A DNA stretch of 64,000 nt from an uncultured Planctomycetota bacterium (GTDB lineage Bacteria; Planctomycetota; PLA2; JAEUHO01): NCBI GenBank assembly GCA_963752285.1, contig CAVVXN010000001.1, positions 512,001 through 576,000 on the forward strand, read 5' to 3'. Below, in pieces: positions 14,583 to 23,660 of this stretch. The notes below the pieces were generated by a model. The model saw only the letters and a list, made by a program, of their open reading frames with translations, made no database searches and was not told where the DNA came from. The translations under genes were made by a program, and so were the position numbers. Within the stretch, counting starts at the first letter, position 1. Each line of letters starts with the position of its first letter.

Positions 14583-15731
14583 TCACGGCGGCGAATCGCT
14601 CCCGATCTTCACCGGAACCACGATCTCGCGTCGGCTCCGGACGACCTTCACCTGGACGACGTCACCCGGGGACTTGCCGTCGAGGACGTCGAAGAGGTCG
14701 GTCTGGCTCCGCACGCGGTGGCCGTCGATCGCCACGATGACGTCGCCGAGGATCAGCTCGCCCGTGCGCCGGTCGAGGCTCAGCCCGCGCAGGCCCGCGG
14801 CGGCCCCGGGGCCGCCCTCGTACACCTGGCGGACGAGCAGGCCGTCGATGCCGATCCCCCCCACCTGACCCGGCTCGAGCACCGAGACGCCGAGACCGGG
14901 GCTCTCCGGCTTCTCGCCCCGGATCAGCATCGGCACGATCCGGTTCACGGTGTCGATCGGCACGGCGAACCCCACGCCGGCGGACCCGCCCGAGGGGCTC
15001 ACGATCGCCGTGTTGACCCCGATGACGCGCCCCGCGCTGTCGAGCAGGGGACCGCCGGAGTTCCCGGGGTTGATCGCGGCGTCCGTCTGGATCACGTCGC
15101 GGATCAGGTGGTGCGTCTTGGAGCGGATCTCACGGCCGAGCCCGCTGATGATTCCCGAGGTCATGGTGTGGTCGAGGCCGAACGGGTTCCCGATCGCGAA
15201 CACGATCTGACCCACCTGGAGGTCCTTCGAGGTCCCGATCGCGACGGGCGGTAGCTTCGAGGGGTCGATGCCGTCCACCGCGAGTACCGCGAGGTCCTTG
15301 TCGGGCGCGGTGCCGACGAGGTCGGCGTGCGCCGTGGTCCCGTCGCCGAGCGTCACCGTGAACCGGTCGCCGCCGTTGACGACGTGGAAGTTCGTGACGA
15401 TGTAGCCCCGGTCGTCCCACACGAACCCCGAGGCCTCGCCCTGGGCGACCTCGGCCAGGTTGAAGTCCCAGTCGCGGACCAGGGCGAGGTTCCGGATGTG
15501 GACGACGGACGGGGCCACCCGGCGGTTGATGCGGATGCCGAGGTCCTCGACCGGTTGGAGGTCGGGCCGGGGGGTGACGGCCCGCGGGACGGCGTCGGGG
15601 TCGTGGAGGGCCGGCGGCGGCCGGAGCCACCGGTCCCAGACGAGGACGCCGACCGCGACCACGAGGATCACGGTCAAGAGGGGGAAGGCGGGGCGCGGGC
15701 GGCCGAAACGGGGGTCGTGAGCGAGGTCCAT
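14583..15731 (-). CDS. HtrA/DegP-family (S1C) serine protease with PDZ domain, membrane anchored
   Basis: N-terminal TM; TNFHVV, DLAVL, IQTDAAINPGNSGGPL; C-terminal PDZ (GPGAAAGLRG, GDVIVAIDG). Confidence 0.92.
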   Translation of the reverse strand: MDLAHDPRFGRPRPAFPLLTVILVVAVGVLVWDRWLRPPPALHDPDAVPRAVTPRPDLQPVEDLGIRINRRVAPSVVHIRNLALVRDWDFNLAEVAQGEASGFVWDDRGYIVTNFHVVNGGDRFTVTLGDGTTAHADLVGTAPDKDLAVLAVDGIDPSKLPPVAIGTSKDLQVGQIVFAIGNPFGLDHTMTSGIISGLGREIRSKTHHLIRDVIQTDAAINPGNSGGPLLDSAGRVIGVNTAIVSPSGGSAGVGFAVPIDTVNRIVPMLIRGEKPESPGLGVSVLEPGQVGGIGIDGLLVRQVYEGGPGAAAGLRGLSLDRRTGELILGDVIVAIDGHRVRSQTDLFDVLDGKSPGDVVQVKVVRSRREIVVPVKIGSDSPP

Positions 15732-15852
15732 CCCGTCCTTCTATCGCCTGGGGCGGGCGCACATCGGCTTCGGGCCGGGGCGGACTCGGGCTCAACGCGC
15801 GCGCCCGCCGGCCGACCCAAGGGGATGCCCCCTCGCGGGGACGGGATTCCCC

Positions 15853-17946
15853 ATGCCCCTGAAGCTCCTCCTCGGCCTCCTCGCGCTGCCGCCCCTCTGG
15901 TTCGGCGAGGTGCCCGTCGCGTCGCACCTCGAGCCCGGCACGCTCGCCGGCGTCGTCCACGTGACGGCCGGCCCGAGCAGCGGGAGCGCGTTCCTGCTCG
16001 CCTACGGAGACGGCCGGTACCTGGTGACGGCGCGACACGTGGTCTCCCCCGCCCTCGACGAGCCGGGGACCCCCCTCACGTTCCGCGTGGGCGGGCGGCG
16101 GGGCCGTCCGATCCGGGAGGTCGCCCTGCTCGCCGACGACGCGCGCACGGACGTGGCCGTGTTCACCTTCGCGGACGACCCGCAGGTCCCGTACTTCCCC
16201 GAAGGCGCGGGCCTCGTGCCCGAGAACGACCTGGAGCTCGCCACCTCGGTCTTCCTGATCGGGTACCCGGCGTCGCTCAAGCAGACGTACGGATCGTCCG
16301 AGCTCCGCGTCGTCGGCGGGTGGGTGGCGGGCCTCGAGAAGCGGGTCCCCGGCTCGACGGTCGAGTACGTGGACCTCGACATGCCCGCCGTCGAGCACGG
16401 CCACTCCGGCGGGCCCATCGTCCGGCTCCAGCAGCGCGTGGTCGCGATGGCCGTGCAGCGGCGCACGGGGAGCGTCAGTCCCACGATCGGGGCCACGTAC
16501 GCCGTGCCCATCAAGTACGTGACGTCCTTGATCGACGGGACGCCCGTGGACGAGGACCTGACCGACCTCGACGAGATGCTCCGCGACACGACGCTCGTCT
16601 GCGGGGTCTGCCTCGAGGGGAAGAACGACTACGACGTCTGGGCGCAACGGATCCACCGCGAGACGGGCGAGGCCCTGTGGGGCGACCAGGGCATCGCCGT
16701 CGCGTCGTCCCGCCTGTCCGAGGCGCGGTGCGTCTCCGTCCCGTCGCTGGCGGGCAGCGTCCTCGTGGTGCACACGATCGAACAGTCGGACGGGTCGGAC
16801 GCCGACGTCCTCGTGCAGCGCGTCTCCCGCTACGGCGAGCTCCTCTTCGAGGAGGGTCGCTCGAGCCTTCCGGTGGCGGGCACGGCGCGTCCCGAGCGCG
16901 CGCCCGACGCCGTCTCCGACGGCCTCGGCGGCGCCGTCGTCACGTGGGAGGTCGAGCTCCAGGGGGGCGACCGCGACGTGTACGCCCAGCGCATCGACCC
17001 GGACGGGGCGCCGCGCTGGGGGAAGGACGGCGTCGGCGTGGGCACGGCCGGCGTCCCCGAGACCGCGCCCTCGCTGGTGCCCGACGGCTCGGGCGGCGCC
17101 ATCGTCGTGTTCGAGCGCCACCTGCCCGGCGGCGACGTGGACGTCGTGGCGCAGCGGGTGGACGGGGACGGCCGCCTCGCCTGGCTCTCGGGGACGCGGT
17201 CCCTCGAGGTCGCCGCCTCGGCCCGGCGCGAGGAGCATCCCCGCGCGGTCCCCGACGGCGCGGGCGGGGCGATCGTCGTGTTCGACGCCGACGCGCCCGA
17301 CGGCGGCCGCGCGGTGTGCGCGCAGCGGGTCTCGGTGCACGGCGACCTCTTGTGGAACGGCGGGGCGCCGGTCCGGCTCTCGACCTGGCGCGCCACGGGC
17401 GCTCGCACCGCGGCCGACGTGGTCCCCGACGGTCGCGGGGGCGCCTTCGTCGCGTTCGAGGTCCTGACGAGCGACGACCCCGAGGACTCCGACGACGTGG
17501 ACCTCGCGGTGCAGCACGTGACCGAGTCGGGAGCGCTCGCGTGGGGCGACGCCGAGGACGGCGATCGCGCGGGCGTACTCGCGGCGAGCACCCGGTTCGC
17601 CGAGCGCGCCCCGAGGCTCGTGGCGGACGGCGAGGGCGGGGCGGTGGTCGCGTACGTGTCGGGCAGCGAGAACGGCGACCTCGACGTCTGGGCCCAGCGC
17701 GTCGGAGCGGACGGCGCGCTCCGCTGGTACGGCGGGCGGCGGTCCGCGGAGGTGGCGCTCACGTTCCTCTCGGAGCACACGATCTCGCTCGTCGAACGCA
17801 GCCGGGACCGCGTGATCCTCTGCTTCGAGATCGACCGCGAGGACGGCCGTCCCAGCGTGGGCTGCCAGGCGCTCGACCTCGACACGGGGCGAGCGCTCTA
17901 CGGCGGGGGGAAGCTGCCGGTCCTGGTGGTGGAACCGGCGGACTAG
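15853..17946 (+). CDS. secreted trypsin-like serine protease with C-terminal repeat (putative beta-propeller) domain
   Basis: Signal-like N-terminus; LVTARHVV, DVAV, GHSGGP triad motifs; 7-8 repeats of DVxAQRVxxxGxxxW..DGxGGA. Confidence 0.72.
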   Translation: MPLKLLLGLLALPPLWFGEVPVASHLEPGTLAGVVHVTAGPSSGSAFLLAYGDGRYLVTARHVVSPALDEPGTPLTFRVGGRRGRPIREVALLADDARTDVAVFTFADDPQVPYFPEGAGLVPENDLELATSVFLIGYPASLKQTYGSSELRVVGGWVAGLEKRVPGSTVEYVDLDMPAVEHGHSGGPIVRLQQRVVAMAVQRRTGSVSPTIGATYAVPIKYVTSLIDGTPVDEDLTDLDEMLRDTTLVCGVCLEGKNDYDVWAQRIHRETGEALWGDQGIAVASSRLSEARCVSVPSLAGSVLVVHTIEQSDGSDADVLVQRVSRYGELLFEEGRSSLPVAGTARPERAPDAVSDGLGGAVVTWEVELQGGDRDVYAQRIDPDGAPRWGKDGVGVGTAGVPETAPSLVPDGSGGAIVVFERHLPGGDVDVVAQRVDGDGRLAWLSGTRSLEVAASARREEHPRAVPDGAGGAIVVFDADAPDGGRAVCAQRVSVHGDLLWNGGAPVRLSTWRATGARTAADVVPDGRGGAFVAFEVLTSDDPEDSDDVDLAVQHVTESGALAWGDAEDGDRAGVLAASTRFAERAPRLVADGEGGAVVAYVSGSENGDLDVWAQRVGADGALRWYGGRRSAEVALTFLSEHTISLVERSRDRVILCFEIDREDGRPSVGCQALDLDTGRALYGGGKLPVLVVEPAD

Positions 17947-17956
17947 CCGACCCGGC

Positions 17957-19861
17957 TCAGCGCGGCCGGGCGGCGATCCGGGCGGCGGCGTCCACGCGGA
18001 CGTACTCGAACCAGCGCGGACACAGCTCGTTTCCGCGGAAGTTGTGGACCCAGGCGTGGACGGCGTCGAGCTCGAGCCGACGGAACTCGAGCCGCCACGG
18101 GCAGTCCTGCGCGAGGATCTCCTGCATCTCGCGGTAGAGCTTCGTCCGCTCGTCGCCCGGGGGGAGCGAGCGGGCGGCCTCGAAGGCCTCGTCGTACTCC
18201 GGGTTCTGGTACCCGCCGGCCAGCGCGTCGGGATGTCCCGGCGCGTAGAAGAGGTCGAGGAACGCGCGGGCGTCCGGGTAGTCGGCCTCCCACGAGGCGC
18301 GCCACGTCCGCGCCGCGCCGGACTGGATCCGGCGGGCCATCTCGGGCCAGGTCACGTAGACCGGAGCGAGCGAGAGACCGATCGACTTCGCCGCCTCCCC
18401 GAGGCGGCGGAACGCCTCGCGCGTGCCGGGGTGGTCGAGGACGTCCATCTCGATCGGGCCCGGGCCACCGTCCGCGAGGACGCCCGCCTCCGCGAGCACC
18501 TCGCGGGCGGCGCCGAGCGCCTGGTCCATCGACTCGTCGGCCTGCCGGATCCAGGGGGCCATGAACGTCGGGTCCGACTCGGGGAACTCGTCGAGCAGGA
18601 TCCCCTCCACCGGCAGGGCGGCGCCGCGGTACAGGTCGTGGATCGCCCACGCCGCGTCGTCCGCGAGCGAGAGCGCGCGCCGGAGCGCGGTGCCCTTCTC
18701 GCCGGCGGGGCGCCCGAGCACCGGGTCGGACATGCGGTACGCGAGGTAGAAGATCTCGAGGCGGGGGCGCGCCTCGAGACCGATCCCCCGCTCCGCGAGG
18801 CCGGGCCGGAGCGACCGCGTCGTCGGGTCGATCGTCGCGGGCACCTCGGCGGGCGGGACGGTCGCCACGTCACAGCGGCCCGCGAGGAACGCGGCCCACG
18901 CCTGCTTCGGGTCGGTCACGAACGTGATCGCGACGCGCGGCGAGAGCGGAAGCCGTCGGCCGGCGTCCGCGAGGTACCCCGCCTCGGCGTCGCCGCGGCG
19001 GCCCCGGGCCGGATACGTGCGCTCGCGGTACGTCTCGCTCGCGCCGAGCACGAGGCTCCGCCCCGGCGAGAAGACCTCCACGACGTACGGGCCGGTCGTG
19101 ACCGCGTGCTCGCCGAAGCGTTCGCCGTACCGGCGCACGGCCTCGGGCGGGTAGATCGACGCGAGCGGCGAGGCCAGGAGCCAGCGGAGCTCGGGGCAGG
19201 GTCGCACGAGCGTGAGCCGGACCGTGTGGGCGTCCACCGCGGCGACGCCCGGCACCGCGGGATAGCCGGCGCCGGGCCCGTAGTCGGTCCGCCGCGGGTC
19301 GGGCGTCTGCCGGGCCGACGCCTCCAGGAACGCGTCCGCGCCGGTCACCCGTCCCCCGAAGAGGTAGCGACCGTTCGTTCCGACCCGCGCGTCGAGCAGT
19401 CGCAGGAGCGAGAAGACGACGTCGTTCGCCACGAGCGCGCGCGTGCGCGACGCGCCGAAGCACGGGTCGGGCGCGTAGCGGACGCCCTCGCGGAGGCGGA
19501 TCGTCCAGGTGAGGCCGTCCTTCGAGACCTCGGGCGGCGCGGCCGCGAGCGACGGCTCGAGTCGGTACGGGCGCGCGAGGTGGTCGTACGCGTAGAGACG
19601 GTCGTAGACGTTGGCGACGATCGTGCGCGCCATCGCGCCGGTCGCGGCCGCGGGGTCGAGGCTCGTCACGGCCTCCGCGAAGGTCAGGTCGAGCGTGCCG
19701 CTCGGCTCCGCGGCGCGCCCGGGCCGCAGGGGGCCGAGCAAGGCCGCCGCGGCGAGGAGCGGTGGGAGGGTCCATGCGAGGCGACGCCCGCGCCCGGCGC
19801 GACCCCGCGTGGGCGGGCGGGATGCGCCGCGCCGGGCGCGCGCCTCGCGGGGCGGGGTCAT
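17957..19861 (-). CDS. ABC transporter substrate-binding protein, family 5 (OppA/DppA-like)
   Basis: SLDPA, NVYDRLYAYDHL, PEVSKDGLTWTIRLREGV, TGPY, WEADYPD, YQNPEYD. ATG overlaps the upstream stop. Confidence 0.88.
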   Translation of the reverse strand: MTPPREARARRGASRPPTRGRAGRGRRLAWTLPPLLAAAALLGPLRPGRAAEPSGTLDLTFAEAVTSLDPAAATGAMARTIVANVYDRLYAYDHLARPYRLEPSLAAAPPEVSKDGLTWTIRLREGVRYAPDPCFGASRTRALVANDVVFSLLRLLDARVGTNGRYLFGGRVTGADAFLEASARQTPDPRRTDYGPGAGYPAVPGVAAVDAHTVRLTLVRPCPELRWLLASPLASIYPPEAVRRYGERFGEHAVTTGPYVVEVFSPGRSLVLGASETYRERTYPARGRRGDAEAGYLADAGRRLPLSPRVAITFVTDPKQAWAAFLAGRCDVATVPPAEVPATIDPTTRSLRPGLAERGIGLEARPRLEIFYLAYRMSDPVLGRPAGEKGTALRRALSLADDAAWAIHDLYRGAALPVEGILLDEFPESDPTFMAPWIRQADESMDQALGAAREVLAEAGVLADGGPGPIEMDVLDHPGTREAFRRLGEAAKSIGLSLAPVYVTWPEMARRIQSGAARTWRASWEADYPDARAFLDLFYAPGHPDALAGGYQNPEYDEAFEAARSLPPGDERTKLYREMQEILAQDCPWRLEFRRLELDAVHAWVHNFRGNELCPRWFEYVRVDAAARIAARPR

Positions 19862-20988
19862 CCGCCGCTCCCGGCCGCCGGGGTCGGCGCCCGCCAGACG
19901 AGGTCGAGTCCCCGGGGGGTCGTGAGGATCTCCGACACCCGCCCGGGCTCCAGCTCGGGCACCGCGCCCAGGAGCGCCCCGAGGGCCTCCTTCGTGACGC
20001 CTCCGCCGGCCGGCGCGGTCTCGGCGTCCTCCGACCGACACGCGGCCTCGAGCGGGAAGTACGCGTCGCCCTTCTCCACCGCCTTCTTCACGTCCTTCAG
20101 GACCTTCTGGGCGGCGGCCTTCGACCGCTTCACGCCGTCCGCGCCCTCGGCGCCCTTGAAGCGGACGAGGATGTGGTGGTACGGGCCCTCCCGCCCTTTC
20201 GCCTGCCGCGGCACGTGCGCCTCGCCCCCGCGCGCCCCGCGCGCGAGGATCCAGTCGAAGCCGAGCGCGAGGTAGTCGTCCTCGGGCACCTCGTGGCCGA
20301 GGCCCTCGACGGTGAAGAACGCGCACGCGCCCTTCGACCGCTTCTTCGCGAGGCGCTCGAGGTACGCCTCGACGTCGGGGATCCGCGACGCGTTCGGGTC
20401 GTCGAGCCCGAGGAACGCGCACACGCGCAGGTCCTGGTGGCGCGTGTCGGGGATCTCGGGGGCCGCGGTCGTGAGTCCGCCCGCGTAGAGGCCAGGCGCG
20501 CGGGCCAGCGTCTCGAGCGTCATCGTTCCGCCGGCGGAGTGACCCCAGAGGATCACGCGGTCCTTCGCGATCGGCCGCGTCTCGACCACGTGCTTCGTGA
20601 GGGCGACCACGGTGTCCACGTCCTCGGCGCCCCACATGAAGCCCGGGCGCCCCTCGGCCACCACGGCCTCGTGTCCGGCCACCACGAGGCACCACGCGCC
20701 GCGCGCGCCGAGGAGGTTCGACATCGCGAAGTTCTTGGGATTGCCGCCCGCGCCGTGGAGCCCTACCACGAGGTCGGCCGGCTTCCCGGACCCCGCCCCG
20801 TCCGCCTCCCGCCCGGGAGGGGCCATCAGCCAGCCCTGGGCCGTGGGCGCGCCCTCGATCTCCAGGTGGGTCCACTCGCCGTCGGGGGCCTCGACGACGA
20901 CCACCTTCGGCTCGCCTCGGGCCGCGGCCCAAGAGCCGGACAGGAGGGCGAGGAGGGCGAGGCCGAGGAGGAGGACGGGCGGGCGCAC
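19858..20988 (-). CDS. secreted alpha/beta-hydrolase fused to parvulin (PpiC)-like domain
   Basis: Signal peptide; LHGAGG, GHSAGG nucleophile elbow, GLDDP, GLGHEV; C-terminal HHILVRF..SED..PAGG..PGRVSEILTTPRG. Confidence 0.72.
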   Translation of the reverse strand: MRPPVLLLGLALLALLSGSWAAARGEPKVVVVEAPDGEWTHLEIEGAPTAQGWLMAPPGREADGAGSGKPADLVVGLHGAGGNPKNFAMSNLLGARGAWCLVVAGHEAVVAEGRPGFMWGAEDVDTVVALTKHVVETRPIAKDRVILWGHSAGGTMTLETLARAPGLYAGGLTTAAPEIPDTRHQDLRVCAFLGLDDPNASRIPDVEAYLERLAKKRSKGACAFFTVEGLGHEVPEDDYLALGFDWILARGARGGEAHVPRQAKGREGPYHHILVRFKGAEGADGVKRSKAAAQKVLKDVKKAVEKGDAYFPLEAACRSEDAETAPAGGGVTKEALGALLGAVPELEPGRVSEILTTPRGLDLVWRAPTPAAGSGG

Positions 20989-21020
20989 CGCGCCCGATCA
21001 TACGTCCCGGCCGGTCGGGG

Positions 21021-21926
21021 TCAGAGGGTCGCCAGGAGGTCCTTCGCCTTCGCCTCGAGGTCCGTGCCCTTGAGCTTCGAGGCGAGGCGCCTCAGCTCGC
21101 TCTTCACGGCGATCGGGTCGCTCGCGGCCTTCGTGCGGATCTCCTCGATCTTCGCGTCGGCCACCGCCAGGATGTCGGTCTTGGCCTTCTCGACGTGGGC
21201 CGTGACGTCCTCCGGCGCATCCTTCACCTTCGAGGTGGCGTGCTGGAGGATCTGGACGGCCTTCGCGTAGTCCTCCTTGGCCGCCTTGGCCCAGGCGTCG
21301 TCCTCGGCCTCGAGGATCTTCTGCCAGGCCTTGGGCGAGAAGCCCTCGCCGTGCTCCTTCTGGAGCGACTTCGTCACCTCCTCGATGTCCTCCATGATCG
21401 ACTTCGCGCTGTGCCCGCCGCCCTCGTAGCGCTTGAGCTCGGTCAGGGTGAAGGGGTCCACGAGGCAGGTGAAGGGGATCTTGCCGGTGTCGTTGTAGGT
21501 CCCGGCCTTGCTCGACGCGAGCGCGAGCATCTCGGCCGGGGTGAGTCCCGGGAACTCCACGAGGCACTCGACCTCCTGGCCCCGGGCGGTCGTCTTGTAC
21601 GTGGCGGCCTTCGGGCTCTTCTCGTCGATGCCCTCCTGGAGACGCTCGAGCGCGATCACCTCGACCGTGTGCTCGCGCGCGAAGGCGATGTACTTGTCGT
21701 TGCACATCAGGGAGGCGTGCATCCCCCAGCACGGTCCGCAGTAGAAGCCGTGGTTGTGGACCACGATCGGAACGTGGAGGAGCTTGGCCTCGGCGACCGC
21801 GTCGTCCCAGGAGTGCGCGAGCCGGACGCAGTCTACGGGCTCGCCCTCCTTCGCGGCCGCGGCCGACGAGACGCCGGCCACGACGGCGAACGCGAGGAGC
21901 ATGGCACAGACGGGGCGGATGGACAT
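21021..21926 (-). CDS. secreted thioredoxin-fold protein (CGPC) with helical C-terminal domain
   Basis: Signal peptide; SWDDAVAEAK..PIVV..FYCGPC, cis-Pro-like KIPFT; Lys/Ala-rich helical tail. Confidence 0.6.
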   Translation of the reverse strand: MSIRPVCAMLLAFAVVAGVSSAAAAKEGEPVDCVRLAHSWDDAVAEAKLLHVPIVVHNHGFYCGPCWGMHASLMCNDKYIAFAREHTVEVIALERLQEGIDEKSPKAATYKTTARGQEVECLVEFPGLTPAEMLALASSKAGTYNDTGKIPFTCLVDPFTLTELKRYEGGGHSAKSIMEDIEEVTKSLQKEHGEGFSPKAWQKILEAEDDAWAKAAKEDYAKAVQILQHATSKVKDAPEDVTAHVEKAKTDILAVADAKIEEIRTKAASDPIAVKSELRRLASKLKGTDLEAKAKDLLATL

Positions 21927-22216
21927 GCCGGAGACTCCCTTCGAGCGCGCGATCTCTGCGCGCACGCACTTGATTTCTACCACCGCGTCGGACCTCGGCC
22001 ACCGGGCGAACGGCCCCCGGATCGCGTCGGGCGGCCCCGATCGTCCGTGGAGAGGGGGGTCGTGCTCCCTCTTCCCGATGGACCGCGCGCCGCCGATCGT
22101 CGCTCTCGATGCGCGCGGTACCCTCGGGGCCCTCGCGCTCCCCCGCCCGGCCGGGGCGGGGACCGGGAGGACGAGGCAGGTACGCTGGCCGCCCTCGGGC
22201 CGGCCGGGGAGGACGG

Positions 22217-23584
22217 ATGAGCCGCATCTACGACTCGATCCTCGAGGCGATCGGGAACACCCCCCTGGTGCGTCTCCGCCGGATCGGCCGCTCGACCGGC
22301 TGCGAGATCCTCGTCAAGTGCGAGTTCATGAACGCCGGCGGCTCGGTCAAGGACCGCATCGGCCGGCGGATGGTCGAGGTGGCGCAGGCCTCGGGGCGCA
22401 TCCGCCCCGGCGACACCCTGATCGAGCCGACGAGCGGGAACACCGGGATCGGCATGGCCCTCGCGGCGGCGGTCTACGGTTACCGCATGATCGTCACGAT
22501 GCCCGAGAAGATGAGCCGCGAGAAGCAGGTCGTGCTCGAGGCGCTCGGCGCGGAGATCATCCGGACGCCGACCGAGGCGGCGTGGGACGCGCCGGAGAGC
22601 CACATCGGCGTGGCGAAAGAGCTCCAGCGGATCCTCCCGAACGCGCACATCCTCGACCAGTACACGAACCCGGACAACCCGCTCGCGCACTACGAGGGGA
22701 CCGGTCAGGAGATCCTCGATCAGACGGGGGGCGCGCTCGACTTCCTCGTCCTGACCGCCGGCACCGGCGGGACGATCACCGGTGCGGCGCGGATGGTGAA
22801 GGAGCACGTGCCCACCTGCCGCATCGTCGGCGTGGACCCGGTGGGGTCGATCCTCGCGGGGCCCGGTCCGATCGGCGCGTACAAGGTCGAGGGGATCGGC
22901 TACGACTTCGTCCCGGACGTCCTCGACCAGGGCGTGGTGGACGAGTGGATCAAGACCGAGGACCGCGAGTCGTTCCTCATGGCGCGCCGCCTGATCCGCC
23001 AGGAGGCGATGCTCTGCGGCGGGAGCAGCGGCGCCGCCGTGTGGGCCGCGGTCGAGATCGCCCGGCGCCACGGTCCCGGGAAGCGCATCGTGACGATGGC
23101 CTGCGACTCCGTCCGCAACTACATGACGAAGTTCCTCGACGACCGCTGGATGCGCGAGAACGGCTTCACGGAGCGAACGTGGGAGACCGCGACGCTCGGC
23201 GACGTCCTCCGCTCGGCGCCCCGCCGCCCGCTGGTGACGGCCGGGAGCGGCGAGCCGGTGGGGGCGGTCGTGGAGCGCATGAAGAAGGAGGCGGTCAGCC
23301 AGGTCCCGGTCGTGGACGACGGCCACCTGGTCGGGATCGTGACCGAGACCGACCTGCTCCGGGGTCTCCTCGAGGGGCGCGCGCGGCCCGAGCAGCGGGT
23401 GGCCGAGGTGATGTTCCGCGGCGTGCGCACGGTCCCCGAGCACGAGGACGCCGGGGTGCTCAACGATCTCTTCGCCGATGGGTACGTCGCGCTGGTCGTG
23501 GACGAGGAGGAGGGCCTCGCCGGGATCCTGACGCGGCTCGACCTGGTCGAGTACCTGACGCGCACGTCCGGCTCGGGTCGGTAG
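22217..23584 (+). CDS. cbs: cystathionine beta-synthase (PLP) with CBS domains
   Basis: IGNTPLVRL, GGSVKDRIG, IEPTSGNTG, AGTGGT, YKVEGIGYDF, DSVRNYMTKF, C-terminal CBS pair; GGAGG RBS. Confidence 0.93.
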   Translation: MSRIYDSILEAIGNTPLVRLRRIGRSTGCEILVKCEFMNAGGSVKDRIGRRMVEVAQASGRIRPGDTLIEPTSGNTGIGMALAAAVYGYRMIVTMPEKMSREKQVVLEALGAEIIRTPTEAAWDAPESHIGVAKELQRILPNAHILDQYTNPDNPLAHYEGTGQEILDQTGGALDFLVLTAGTGGTITGAARMVKEHVPTCRIVGVDPVGSILAGPGPIGAYKVEGIGYDFVPDVLDQGVVDEWIKTEDRESFLMARRLIRQEAMLCGGSSGAAVWAAVEIARRHGPGKRIVTMACDSVRNYMTKFLDDRWMRENGFTERTWETATLGDVLRSAPRRPLVTAGSGEPVGAVVERMKKEAVSQVPVVDDGHLVGIVTETDLLRGLLEGRARPEQRVAEVMFRGVRTVPEHEDAGVLNDLFADGYVALVVDEEEGLAGILTRLDLVEYLTRTSGSGR

Positions 23585-23660
23585 CGCGTCGCCGGATGGA
23601 CGCCGGCTCGGCCTGTGACGGAATGGGCCGAAGCCCCGGACTCGATTCCTCCGCCGGCTC

